Assembly (NCBI GenBank): GCA_964016885.1
Contig: OZ024743.1
Coordinates: 193,130,001-193,194,000, forward strand
Direction: 5' to 3'
DNA length: 64,000 bases
Source: Eledone cirrhosa
Lineage: Eukaryota
Of the stretch, positions 1-12,238 are shown piece by piece. Made by a program: the position numbers and the translations under genes. A model generated the notes under the pieces. That model did no database searches, was not told the origin of the DNA, and saw only the letters and a list, made by a program, of their open reading frames with translations. The stretch's first letter is position 1; each line of letters opens with the position of its first letter.

Positions 1-107
1 GATATGCAAGGATACAGTGTATCTATTCTAAAAACCAGGATACATACAGTATATTATAGAATGTTATAATTAATTGAAGAAAGCATGAGCCTACTGACAT
101 TACTGAC

Positions 108-269
108 CTGCACATTACCAATACTTGTGTCCATTATCAGTAAACCATTTTTACTGGTGCATCGTATCACAATGTTCCATATAACAATGTAAACAAGTTC
201 CTCAGGCACCCGGTTCACAAGAGATATCCCTACCCCTTTTGGCAATGAAAGCAGACCATAGATAACAAG
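108..269 (-). CDS. VPS13D: VPS13D exon (LVIYGLLSLPKGVGISLVNRVPEELVY...IGNVQ)
   Basis: ctttcag acceptor, gtcagt donor; 162 nt, phase 0-0; matches the recalled GIGLSLINKVPEELV motif. Confidence 0.93.
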
Positions 270-1404
270 CTGAAAGTTTTAAAAGAAGAGAAAAAAAGAG
301 CAATAAAAAATTAGACAAAAACTACATTTCTTTTTAGTAAATAAACTTTTGTAGAATTAATGATTGATGTTACAATCTTAAAACAAAACATTACATGCTC
401 AATTAGACTGAAAACATGCACAAGAATCAAAATAAATAGTCTAAAATCAATATTAAGATTCTATTTTAAAATATGGATTCATATTAACTTAAATCATCAT
501 TTATGCCCCCACCCAATATAATTCTTGATGGCATCATATGGGTGCTGTAGAGACATATGACATGCCTTAGGCATTTTTAAAATCAAGTTAAGCCTATTCC
601 TTTCCTGGTCTGAACACAGCAGATTCTTTTCAGAGAAGAAGAGAGCGTAATAGAGAGGATGTGAGAAAAAGATATATAGGAAGAATCGAGCCCAATACTC
701 AACTTATACTTTTTATCATTATTTTTTTCTTTTAAATCAATCTTGAAAGAATGAAAGGCAAATTGATCTCAGTGGGATTTGAACTCAGAACACAGAGAGC
801 CAGAACAAAAATTACAAAGCATTGTGTCCAACGTGCTAATTAGATCACCTAGGTAACAGAAGCTATCAACCACTTCTATGAATCCTTCATGTGGTTGGAA
901 AAGGCTTATATCACTGATACTCTTACTATCGATTACCTGTAGTCATATCAGGAAGGGCATCCAGCCAAGAGAATACTTCCTCAAAATGCTTCATCCAACC
1001 CATACCAGCATGGAAAAATGAATGCAAAATTGATGGATGATGATACAGGTGTAGATAGTTCCTCTGTAATCTTTTAGGATTCAAACTGGCTAAATTTGTC
1101 AGTCTTTAAAGCATTGCTATTTGTTCTAAACAACCATATTGAGCTGTATAGATATTACTTTTGGTAGCAGAAATCCCACATTTACCTAATAAACAAGAAT
1201 TGACACTTTTATCAATCCTGTTATTTGATCATTTTATATAATTACATCATCATATCAAATACCATTGACAGTCAAAATTAATTCCCACCAATGTACGATT
1301 TTTATTTGTGAAAGTTAACAAAAGAGAACAACAAAATGGTATTATAACTGAAATATCATATTGAAAGTAATAAAAATAAAAGTATAAAATAAACCACTAC
1401 TAAC

Positions 1405-1521
1405 TTTGTTCTTCTGTTGTTCCTTGTCTTCATTATCATGGTTGTGTTTCAAGCTTGTTGAATGATTGACAGAATCTCTCAAATTCCAATCTTCAAAGCT
1501 GGAATCACTGAAAGCCGTGTG
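1405..1521 (-). CDS. VPS13D: VPS13D exon (HTAFSDSSFEDWNLRDSV...EQQKNK), variable linker
   Basis: tctttgtag acceptor, gttagt donor; 117 nt, phase 0-0, open frame; length fits the poorly conserved linker between the flanking conserved exons. Confidence 0.8.
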
Positions 1522-2322
1522 CTACAAAGAATAAAAAAACAGGAAACGATGATAGTAAAAATAATGTAATACCAAAAAGGTAACAGAGTATTGATGGCAT
1601 TGGGATACACATGGATATCTTATACAATATGAGAATATGATGGAAGAGCTAGCAAAGAAGCTTCTATGATTCATTCAAATCATTGATGTGGCAGCCAAAT
1701 CCGCACCCCCACCCATCACTTTCTGTGCAAGATTGTGAGAAAAATATGACTATAACGACAAGCTCAACATTCTTACTATTGCGTGTAAATACGAAGGTGA
1801 AGATAAACATTTTAATGGTAGCATTTCAACTACACAACTGACCCTAGACATCTTACATCTGCCCAGTCTACAACAGACTAAAACATGCATAAATTAAAGG
1901 TAGCCACAGTATCTAAAGATAGCAGTAATTCAATACCAGTCAACTAACTATAGAGACATACATGATAGATAGAATCCAAATCAAATAGCATCGTAGAAAG
2001 AGCAACAAATAAGAGTTTAGTTGAGATTTAAAAAAATTACTACATATGAATAAAAGGTGAAGCAAAAATACAATTTAAATAAACTTGGATAAAAATGTAG
2101 TGAATTCTTAAATGATATTCAACATTAGTGTAACTATTTCTTAATGAAGTATCCTTACTAACATATTTCACTAAGATATATAAGGTGAGGCAGGTTTATT
2201 TACAACTAAGCTCAATTTACAAAGAAGACCTTCCTGAAAAAGTCATTGCGAGTTAATACATTGATGACTGAATATCTGAAATGAGTTATTATTATGACTG
2301 TAATTTTACAAACTAGGATTTT

Positions 2323-2580
2323 ATCAACATGCTGATGCATATGTGTATATGTGCATATGCATACATTTATGTGTATAAGTATATAAATATAAATGCAAAA
2401 ACAGACACACTTACAAAAATATACACTCACAGACTTACATTCACACAAACGCATGCATACATTTACACGAACACACACATAGCATAGCAAATAGAATGCC
2501 AACTGCTGTTTTGCTATAATTTTTTCACCTTTCCCTTCCTTCCTTTTACAAACACATACATTCATACAAACACACACACA
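2323..2580. repeat. Unclassified dispersed CA/TA-rich repeat; related copy at ~32146-32365
   Basis: Collinear shared blocks such as gtgcatatgcatacattta, cttacaaaaata, ttttttcacc and cacatacattca. Confidence 0.6.
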
Positions 2581-3389
2581 CACAGTGTGACGGACGGAAG
2601 TCGCTCAAATTTATATATATCCTACACTACATTATATTTGGCTTGATCGTCAACTGGCCTCATGTGTTTTCTTCTTGATGTAATAACAATACTATTACAC
2701 TTAATTTAGAAATAAAGATTTGTAGTTTAAATCCAGTTTAGAATATTTATACATCTACGAATAAGACTGGTATTGATAATTAAAGATCAAACCAATCATA
2801 ACTTAATGTAGATATAAATATTGTAAAGATGAAAATTGTAATCATATCAATATTAATATGTTTGAGAAGTATTATAAAAGACGCAAAAGAAATGACAATC
2901 ATTATAGGGATGTATATCTTACATTTCAAAGAAACCATTTTTTATTATTTTACTGGTTTCAGCCTTTGGACTGTGATCATATTCACATGAGCAAAGTAAT
3001 TTTTCAACATAGCAATTTGTACTCTTGAACAAATCATTTAAGTTGTTGTTTTGTCTCAGATCAGCCCTGATCTAGAAAACCTATAATCATATTCCAGCTA
3101 TGACCATCAGGTCTTATAGGTATCTAGGATTACATTATCTAATGTGCTCTGTGATCATTTTTAGAAGGAAGAATATGATTTATGTGAGATTTGACAGCTA
3201 TTTCTAGCAAGATGAGTGACTACATAGATTGGCTCATTGTAGTTGTTACAAGGTGGTCATAGTAACGTGATTATAATAAACTTCATGGATTTGTAGCTTC
3301 ATGAATTAACATAAGAACACAGTTAGATTGGACAGTAAAATGAATCTGGACATTGTTATACAATTTCTTGCTTTGGTCTGATATATATA

Positions 3390-3725
3390 GGCACATGGCT
3401 TAGTGGTTAGAGCATTGGCCTTGCAATCAAAAGGTTGTGAGTTCAATTCTCAGACCGGGTGATGTGTTGTTTCCTTGAGCAAGACACTTTATTTCACATT
3501 GCTCCAGTTTACTCAGCTGTAGAAATGAGATGACAGGGACTGGGGTCCCTATCATTCCACTGCAAAGTGGTCGTGGAGGTGCCACGGCATAAAAGCACCC
3601 TGCACTCACTGTAAATGAGGTTGGTGTTAGGAAGGGCATCCAGCTGTAGAAATCAAGCCAGAATCAGTTCCTGTCCTACCCTTGCAAGCAGGGAAAAAGC
3701 GGACGTAAAATGAAATGATGATGAT
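3390..3725 (+). mobile_element. tRNA-derived CORE-type SINE with RTE-derived tail
   Basis: A-box TGGCTTAGTGG, B-box GTTCAATTC, CORE-like CCTTGAGCAAGACACTT, tail ...GCGGACGTAAAATGA...(TGA)n; near-identical copies at 11467 and 55046. Confidence 0.85.
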
Positions 3726-4011
3726 AACTGCTATATTGATGGCAACATAATTTATATTATAATGATTGTATTGCGCATGAACATAACAATCTGACAAAAT
3801 TGTTTTAAGATTGGTGCAAGTTTTATTTAGAATGCTCTAAAATGTTCTCATCCATCAATCTATCTATCTCAGTATCTATGTTATGTGGACGATATTTGTT
3901 CGCAATTTTCAACTGCTAATTTTATGCAAATTTATTTTACTTCCATTGTCACTCTTGTCTTCATAAAAACAGTGACTATATTTCCATTATTTATTTTCAG
4001 AATAATTGATT

Positions 4012-4426
4012 ATGAATAATTTTGAACCTCCAAATTTGTGGAAGAGACACGGAGTTCTTCTTGGAATCTGCGCCGGGAGAACAAATAAGGAAATTTCAGA
4101 CTTTCTCAGCATCAGCAGGAGAATGGTGTCTCCTCCAAAGACGTGCCCAGAGTCATGCAGACAAAGTTTTCAGCGACAACATTGGTCTTAGGTGTCGTCA
4201 GCAGTCAAGGTGACGTCATGCCACCTCACTTCTTCCCTGAGGGCCTCAAACTGAACACCGATGGCTACATCCGTGTTCTGAGCGAGGTAGTAAAGCCCTG
4301 GATCGACCAGGTAGCTGCAGGTAGGCCGTACATGTGGCAGCAAGACTCAGTGCTCTGCCATACCAGCCAAAAGACCCAAGCTTGGCTGACAGAGAACTTC
4401 GTCGACCACACTTCATCTGACAGCTT
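4012..4426 (+). mobile_element. Tc1/mariner-superfamily transposase relic (maT/DD37D-like), truncated where the Penelope-like element begins
   Basis: VLGVVSSQGDVMPPHFF...YIRVLSEVVKPWI...WQQDSVLCHTSQKTQAWL resembles the QQD-x-APxH catalytic region; HTH-like fragment upstream in another frame. Confidence 0.8.
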
Positions 4427-4578
4427 ATAGAATTCCAGTAATAATCAGGAACTGATTATACAGAACGTTCGCCGGTCCAGCAGAAATTGAAAATTAGCAT
4501 TGGTGCTCTGAAATAGCGATATATATATGAATGTATATATAGTGTATTACTGGAATTTTATAGGAATCCAACACACAT

Positions 4579-4674
4579 AATTTTCAGCAAACAGGAGGGG
4601 TAGTGAACTTTGATAAGTACCCAAAAGTACGAAACAGAGCTCTGTCAGTTTATCACCCCTGTTTGCTGAAAATT
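4579..4674 (+). ncRNA. Type I hammerhead ribozyme, U3-A8 core variant, 5' of the Penelope ORF
   Basis: AACT-[TTGATAA]-GTAC-ccaaaa-GTAC-[GAAA]-CAG-agct-CTG-[TC]-AGTT, with stem I extended by aattttcagcaaacagg/cctgtttgctgaaaatt. Confidence 0.8.
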
Positions 4675-7600
4675 TAAATAAGTGACATTGTCACTATTTT
4701 AAAACAATAGCGTATGGTCTTCAAAATGCTTTTAATTAAGCATACAGTGTATTGCAAAATACACTATATATACATTCATATATATATCGCTATTTCAGAG
4801 CACCAATTCTTATATATATATATAAGAAGACTCAGGTGGCGAGCTTTCCACTTCGATAAATCTGATGCAAAAGAGAATATTTCCAATCTCAATAGAATCT
4901 TCAAATCTAAAAAGAATCCACCTTCCAACAAACTACTAATGGATTTTGAAAATGAGATCATCTCTATCATTCAAAGCATTAAATTTAAAAAAAAACAACT
5001 TCGTAGGCCATGATTACCTAAGAAATCTCAAAAATAATATAGAAAGATTTGAAAAAACGGAAAAAATTCTAGTCAAGTCAGATAAAACCAACAATCTTTA
5101 TGGAATGCAAAAGGATATTTATAACAATCTTATATTGAAGGAATTAAGGAAGAAATACAAAAAAACAACAAATGATGACCTTGAAAAACTGAATACAGAA
5201 GCCTCATACATAATGCATGAATTAGGCATCAAAAATAGGACACAACCCTTCATGCCTAGGAAACCAAAAATTAATATGAAGGACCATAAAAGGAATTTTG
5301 AAATTGAATTACCAGTTAGATTAATTGCACCATCTAAATCGGACCTTGGCATACTTAGCAAGAACATTTTAGACAGAATCATACCAAAAATTAAAGAATT
5401 ATCTTATTTAAAATTATGGAAAGGAACTAAAGTTATCGACTGGTTTAAAGACATTAAATATAACTATAATAATAAGTTTATTCAATTGGATATTGCTAAT
5501 TATTACTCATCCATCACTCCTAATTTACTTAATAAAGCCCTAACATATGCATTTAAACATACAGACTTAACTAGTAATGAAATGCACATTATCTTAAATG
5601 CACGGAAAATATTAATTAAATTTAACAACCACCTCTGGACTAGAGCAGACAGAGATAGTAATTTCGATATCACTATAGGGTCATCCGATTCCGCACAAAT
5701 AATGGATCTTGTGGGGCTTTTTATTAATAATACTCTACATAGGAGATGACCGGAGGTTTATATCGCGACGATATGCTATTACTTATAATAATAACTGTGA
5801 AATAAATAGGAAAAGAAAAGAAATTATACAATTTTTTAATTACCATAATCTTAAAGTAGAAATAGAGAATAATTATAAAATAGTTAACTTTCTAGATGTA
5901 ACTTTAAACCTTAACACAGGTCTTTATTATCCATTTCACAAAATAAATGAGAACTTAAACTACGTTAACTTTAATTCCAATCACCCCAGATCCGTTAAAA
6001 ACACTATAGTAAACGTATTTCTAGAATTTCAGCTAATAAGAATATTTTTGAAGATAAAGCGCAATACTATAACGAAGTGTTAGGTAGGGCTGGATATAAT
6101 AATAAAATTAAATACATGGATAATAATGATATAACAACTAACCATAATTTTAACAACTATAATAGGAAGCCTTACAATAATTTGAAAAACAAAAAAAGAA
6201 ATAGAACTAGGAATATATTATGGTTCGCTCCTCCTTTCTCATTAAGTATTAAAACTCCTATTGCTAAATTATTCTTTAAAACTCTAGATAAATGCTTTCC
6301 TAGAACACATAGGTGTTACTCAATATTTAATAGACATACTATAAAATTATCGCATTCCACCACCAGTAATTTAGCGCAGAATATTAATAGAATTGATAAT
6401 AGAAACTTAAAACCTAACCAGAATACCATTAATAACCAGCAATATCCAATTTAATAATACGGCTCCTAGGAACTTAAATTTTGATAAATGTAACTGTAGA
6501 AATAAATCTAACTGTCCGCTAAATAACAATTGTTTAGTTAAAAATATAGTATATAATTGTAACATAAAAACTAATTTAAATTCATTTAATTATGTAGGCT
6601 CTACCTCCACAGATTTTAAGTCCCGTTTTAATAACCATAAATGCTCTTTTACGAATATAAATAAAAAATCTTCAACTTCTCTATCTAATTTACTATGGGA
6701 CCTTAAATCAAAGAACACTAACTATTCTTTACTTTGGAATATTATCTCCAAAGCTCCCCCATTCAATGCTTCATCTGAAAATTGTGCTCTTTGTATAGAA
6801 GAACTATTCTTTATATTAAAAAGTAAAACATTCTGTTAATTTAAGGAATAATCTTTTCAGTTCTTGTAAACATCAGTTGAATTCAATGTTTAAATATATA
6901 TATATAAAATGTAATACATAACTCATCTTTATTACACCCATCGATAAATCATTAGATTCCTTCATGTGACTGCTTATAACTCTCTTAAAAAAAATTTTTT
7001 TCTTGGAAATTTTTCTAGATAAATGTACTGAAAGATTTAAAGAAAATTTTTTTGAAAATTTCTCTGATGGGTATAAGAAAATTATAATTCATATTTTATA
7101 CTGTGTATTTTATATTTCTATATTCTTATATTTTTTAAATTCATATTTTATATTGTGTATTTTATATTTCTATATTCTTATATTTTTCAAATGCTTAATA
7201 TATATATATATATATCAAAATATTTATTTATATATATATATGAGATAAACATAGTGATTTTGATGTATATGGTATAACCTAAACTTTATACTTTAAATAT
7301 ATTCTATAAATATACTCTTATCAAAGAGTTTTTTTATGGTTTATGCTTTGGATATATTCCTATGAAAATTTTAAATATTATAATTTCTATATGTTATGAC
7401 GTTATAGCAAGCAGACTTATGTTTTAACAGTTGTAACTGTATGACAGCTGAAATGAATTTATAAATTTATAACTTACTATAAAATAATATAAGATTCATA
7501 CTCTAATTACATTATTAAGATGGAAAATTTAAATTTTTAACTTCTTAACCTTATAGTATTTAATCCTTAGAGTTACCTGAATTATTAATAAATCACTAAC

Positions 7601-8268
7601 AATTTTCCTTTACGCTGTACTGCTATTATAATACAAATAAGGGATTATTCTTCTGTAAACTATCTGAATTTCCATGGGCTTAGAATTGTTCGGATACTTT
7701 AAACCTACAATTTTTTAATAATTTTTTAATAACTTTTTAATAATCTTAATAATTTTTTAATAATTAATGATAATAATATATATCTTATTATAATAATAAT
7801 AATATATATGGTTTTGTAATAATAGTATATTTTTTAATAGTATATATAAATATATATAAAAGTTTTTTTAACATACACATTTAAACTACTGATTGAATTG
7901 ATAAATTATTAATTAAACCCTAGATAAAATTCTTCCACCTATCATTATAATCAATCCGACAATTATTCATCTACGATATATTCATTTCTTCGCTTATTCT
8001 CTCATAACGTAAACAATAATTACGCTATTACTGTCCTTATAACAAATATTCTCTCTCACTTAAATATACTCACGTTGTTTCTCTTTCTCCTTTTTTTCCC
8101 TCTTCCAATGGCGTAATTTAAATATACTGTTATTTAAACCTTTCCGACACTAATTTGCATAATAAACCAACAATAAATCTAATATTTCCACTATCCGGGA
8201 GACTCCAACCGTGAAGGTTGCATTTTTCAGGCCATGTCAATATTTATTTATAAAACTAATCTATATTA

Positions 8269-8334
8269 TATTTTATCTGATGAAAGTGTACCATAATCTG
8301 CCTTGGTGGCTCTTGAAATATGTATAATGAAATA
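8269..8334 (+). ncRNA. Minimal type I hammerhead ribozyme 3' of the Penelope ORF
   Basis: TATTTTAT-[CTGATGA]-AAG...CTT-[GAAA]-T-atgt-A-[TA]-ATGAAATA; 8-bp stem I with one G-U. Confidence 0.7.
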
Positions 8335-8569
8335 AATATGGTTTTATAAATATAGTTTCCATTTGTTAACAAATTAATTGGAGTAAATATACAATATATT
8401 GAGTGCTTTATATCAGTTATAAAAATATTTTGCTTGTTGTATCCCAACAAATTAAATATAACCTCTACACATATATATATATACACATAGAGTATATGTG
8501 ATATTTTTCATTATTGGTATGTCAATTAACTCATTTTCTGTATGTTAAAGTATTATAGTCTTGTTATGC

Positions 8570-9240
8570 ACTACACATATATGTGTAGTGGGATCATAGG
8601 TAGACTAACAGAGAAGGTAGGTTTCATATGTGACAGGTGCAACTGTAAGGTTGCTTGTGAAATAAACTCCCTCAAACATTCAGAAGGTTCACTGGAAGTA
8701 GGAGATAGCTTTTGGTATCTATATGACCTCATTAGCGGTGGAAGGGAATATACCGAAAGAGCTGTGGCCAGAGTGCAAACAGGGTAGAATAAGTTCAGGG
8801 AGCTGTTACTTCTGTTGACAACAAATAGTTTCTGAGAGTGAAGAGCAGATTGTATGATGTTTGTATTTGAATTGCAGTATTGCATAGCAGTGAGATGTGG
8901 GCCTTGAATGCAGAAGATCTGTGATGACTGGAATGAAATGAAGCATACATGCTCCACTGGATGGGTAATGTTAGAGTCCATGAACAACAGCGCACAAATG
9001 AGCTGAGAGTAAAATTGAGTATGAGTGGAATTGAATGTATTTGTGCTGTTACAGACATATGATGTATAAGGAGAGTGAGAGTTATATAACGTGCTGAAAA
9101 CTTGAAGTTGATGGAACGTGTGGAGATGAAGATAGATGTGGGATGAATTTGTGAAAAATAACCTCAAGAAACTGAATTTTATGAAAGAGATGACACTAAG
9201 CTGTGCTGACTGACAACTTGCCATACTAGAGAAGACCCAC
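8570..9240 (+). mobile_element. Old, degenerate RTE LINE 3' fragment
   Basis: CSGIIGRL..FICDRC, EVGDSFWYL, AVARVQTG and LHSSEMWAL remnants, collinear with the C-terminus of the intact RTE. Confidence 0.75.
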
Positions 9241-9744
9241 TCACTAATTCAAATGTTGCAATGCTAAAAGTAAATATGGTGAGAGATCAGAGAATGCCCG
9301 TAGAAAAGGTTCCTTTTAGCCTGCAATGGAGAAATCAATCTTAGAAATATTGGTGCCACGTTGGAACATACACAGAGTACCCTTGTAAAGTGGTAATGAA
9401 CAGACTGAGACAACATCATATTGAGGACCCTTTGGCCCTGTCAAGTATTTATCAATCTCTTGTGTCATTGCAACAATAAAAAGTACCCGGTACATTCTGT
9501 AAAGTGGTTGATGTTAGGAAGGTCATTCAGCTGTAGAAACCATGCCAAAATATAACAATTACATATATACATACACACACACACAGATATATTCCTCAAA
9601 CATAACTTTGTTACAGTCTGATGAAGAAAATGAATAATACTTATTCTGTCTGAAACATGAGTTATACACTAACGTTCCTTATTATTATTATCATTATTAA
9701 TTCGGAAGAGCTTCAGAAAAGTCTGGAATATACATATATTAGAC

Positions 9745-10280
9745 GGGTTTGTCCCACTTAAGGCAAGTTGGGTCGGGTGACCGTGTCTTGCTCGTATAGG
9801 ATTGTTTCTTGCTGGTTTTCTATGGTGGGATGCCCTTCCTAGTACCAAACACATTTATAGTGTGTACTGGGTGCTTTTTACTTTTTCTCCTACACAACCA
9901 CCTTACAGTGTAGACTGGGTGCTTTTTGTTGTGACACCTACACGACCACTTTACAGTGTGGGCTGGATGTTTTATGGTACCAACATAACTTTACAGAGAA
10001 AGGGTGGTGTGGGTGGAAGTGGGAGGAAGGTGTAATTGGATTAAGAGCTGCTTACTGACTGTAGGTTTAAGTTTGTACTTAAGGGAAGGTGGATCTTCTG
10101 TATTACTGCATAGTGCCAAATATCTTGTAAACTGCATCTGATCCTTCTTATGCCTAATTTGCTATTTGTGTATATTATTATTATACATCCATCGGAGCAT
10201 GCATACTTCATTCCTTTCCAATCTGCGCAAATCCTCTGCACACAATGACCAGGTCTCACTACCATGTAACATTGCTGTTA
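9745..10280 (-). mobile_element. RTE LINE 3' fragment with internal deletions
   Basis: Matches the intact element's HGSETW/ERNEA coding region and 3' UTR (ggatgcccttcct, ttgctcg, ttaaggcaag). Confidence 0.75.
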
Positions 10281-11466
10281 GATATATATATATATATATA
10301 TATATCATCCCCATTTAATTTTCATTTTCCCACACTAGCATGGGTTTGATGAGTTGTCACGTTGTGAGACAAGCCAGATCAGATGACCATGTTTTTCTTA
10401 TATCAAACGTATATACACTAAATTACAATTACCTTGTTCTATCTAACTATCTATCTATATTAGGACTACCATTGAGATTTGTGGTTTTTCTTATCCAAAA
10501 ATAGATACATCTGTTAGGCAAACAGACAAATAGAGAGGTGGATAGGTAGGTAGGTAGGAAGATAGATATACAGGCAGTTAGCTAAGGATAGCATAGTTGA
10601 CCACTGACCTGCTAGTCAACACAGTGAGAATGAGAAAGCTAAGTAGAGTTGAAGATATCAAATTATCATTTTCTTGTCAAAGTTAACACAGAGAGGTTGT
10701 CATGTGACTCTTGTGTTTTATTTATAAAGATAAATATTTGAAATGTAGTTGTCACACCATAAATGACTATAATGATAGTTGAGAAAACCATGTAAAGTAC
10801 TCCTGGAGGCAGTAAAAAAGTGGACAGAAGCACCTGTACACACACACACACACACACACAATTTATTTATACATTAGTTTGACATAATTCTGTTTTGATT
10901 CTGATGGAATCCAATTTGTAATCAGATTCCTTTGGAATCAAAATGGAATTAATTCTGCTAAACTAATATACAAATACAGTTTATATTGCACATTCTACAC
11001 TTGAAGTATTGAGTACTTTAATTTGTATCTGTAAGCATTGTTTACATGAACAAAAGAGATTATATATATATATATATATAGTGTTGGTACCATCTCATGT
11101 GACAAACTCTTTCGTAGTTGTGTTACAATAAATCACACCTACTACACTCTGCAAAGTAGTAGAGCCAATGACAGGAAAAAATGCACCCAGTCCACTCTGT
11201 AAAGTGGTAGCAGTGTTTTACTTGCTTCAGTTCTCAAACTGTGATGCTGGGGCACCATTTTCAAGTGTTTTGTTGACCATGCCAACCCCAGTACTTAGTT
11301 TGCTACTTATTTTGTTGATCTCTATTTGTTGAACAAAAGTTATGTGACATAAACAAAAGCTGTATAGATGCAGACACAGAAACACACACATATAAATATA
11401 CAATGGGTTTCCACACAGTTTCAGCCTACTAAATTCCACTTACACATGTATTGGTAAACACAAGGG

Positions 11467-11862
11467 GGCACATGGCTTAGTGATTAGAGCATTGGCCTTG
11501 CAATCGAAAGGTTGTGAGTTCAACTCTCAGACCGGGTGATGTGTTGTTTCCTTGAGCAAGACACTTTATTTCACATTGCTCCAGTTTACTCAGCTGTAGA
11601 AATGAGATGATAGGGACTGGGGTCCCTATCATTCCACTGCAAAGTGGTCGTGGAGGTGCCACGGCAAAAAAGCACCCAGCCCACAGTGCAAAGTGGATGT
11701 GTAGGTGCCACGGAAAAAAAGCACCCAGCACTCACTGTAAATGAGGTTGGTGTTAGGAAGGGCATCCAGCTGTAGAAATCAAGCCAGAATCAGTTCCTGT
11801 CCCACCCTTGCAAGCAAGGAAAAGCGGACGTAAAATGATGATGATGATGATGATGATGATGA
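11467..11862 (+). mobile_element. CORE-type tRNA SINE, with a duplicated segment in its 3' half
   Basis: Near-identical to the copy at 3390; (TGA)n tail. Confidence 0.85.
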
Positions 11863-12238
11863 AGGCTATTTATTATAGAAGATAACTGCCCAACGTGCCA
11901 TGCAATGAGATTGAACCTGAAATTACATAGTCCAATAACATACTGATGTGATTCACTGGATTTCTAAGGAAAAAAATTCATGAAAAAAATAAAGAGCAAA
12001 TATCAAAAATAAGTTAAAGCTGACTTAGGAAGGAATTGAACTCAGAACTGAGAGGTAGAAAACATTTAGTCAAGCACATTCATCTTTTGGTTTCAACAAC
12101 CACAACAGGGACACATGATGTATTTGCATAAAAGTTTAATGAGATGCTGACAGAGCTAGAAATGACATCCAGCAGGTTCACTAAGGGAAAAAACAACCCT
12201 TATCCCTAAGAACAATGATACAGCAAACCTTCAAAACA

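Larger units (their letters stand above)
4427..8340 (+). mobile_element. Decayed Penelope-like retroelement (Naiad-like): RT plus GIY-YIG endonuclease, frameshifted
   Basis: RLRWRAFHF, SDKTNNLY, KDHK..F, RLIAPSKSDLG, FDITIGSSDSAQIMDLVG, GGLYRDD (YRDD at 5761-5772), NFLDVTL, WFAPPFS, CNCRNKSNCPLNNNCL, NIVY..YVGST..FKSRFNNH, CALCIEE. Outer limits approximate. Confidence 0.88.

Noticed and set aside
2584-2701. Solo LTR (TGT...ACA-like ends)
   Set aside because: Very short, no target duplication established, and no second copy in the window.
3390-3465. tRNA gene (also 11467, 55310-55381, 45420-45510)
   Set aside because: A and B boxes run straight into SINE bodies and tails; no proper acceptor stem, so these are SINE heads.
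5747-5749. In-frame UGA as selenocysteine in the Penelope RT
   Set aside because: The conserved GGLYRDD continues in a different frame, so this is a frameshift lesion.
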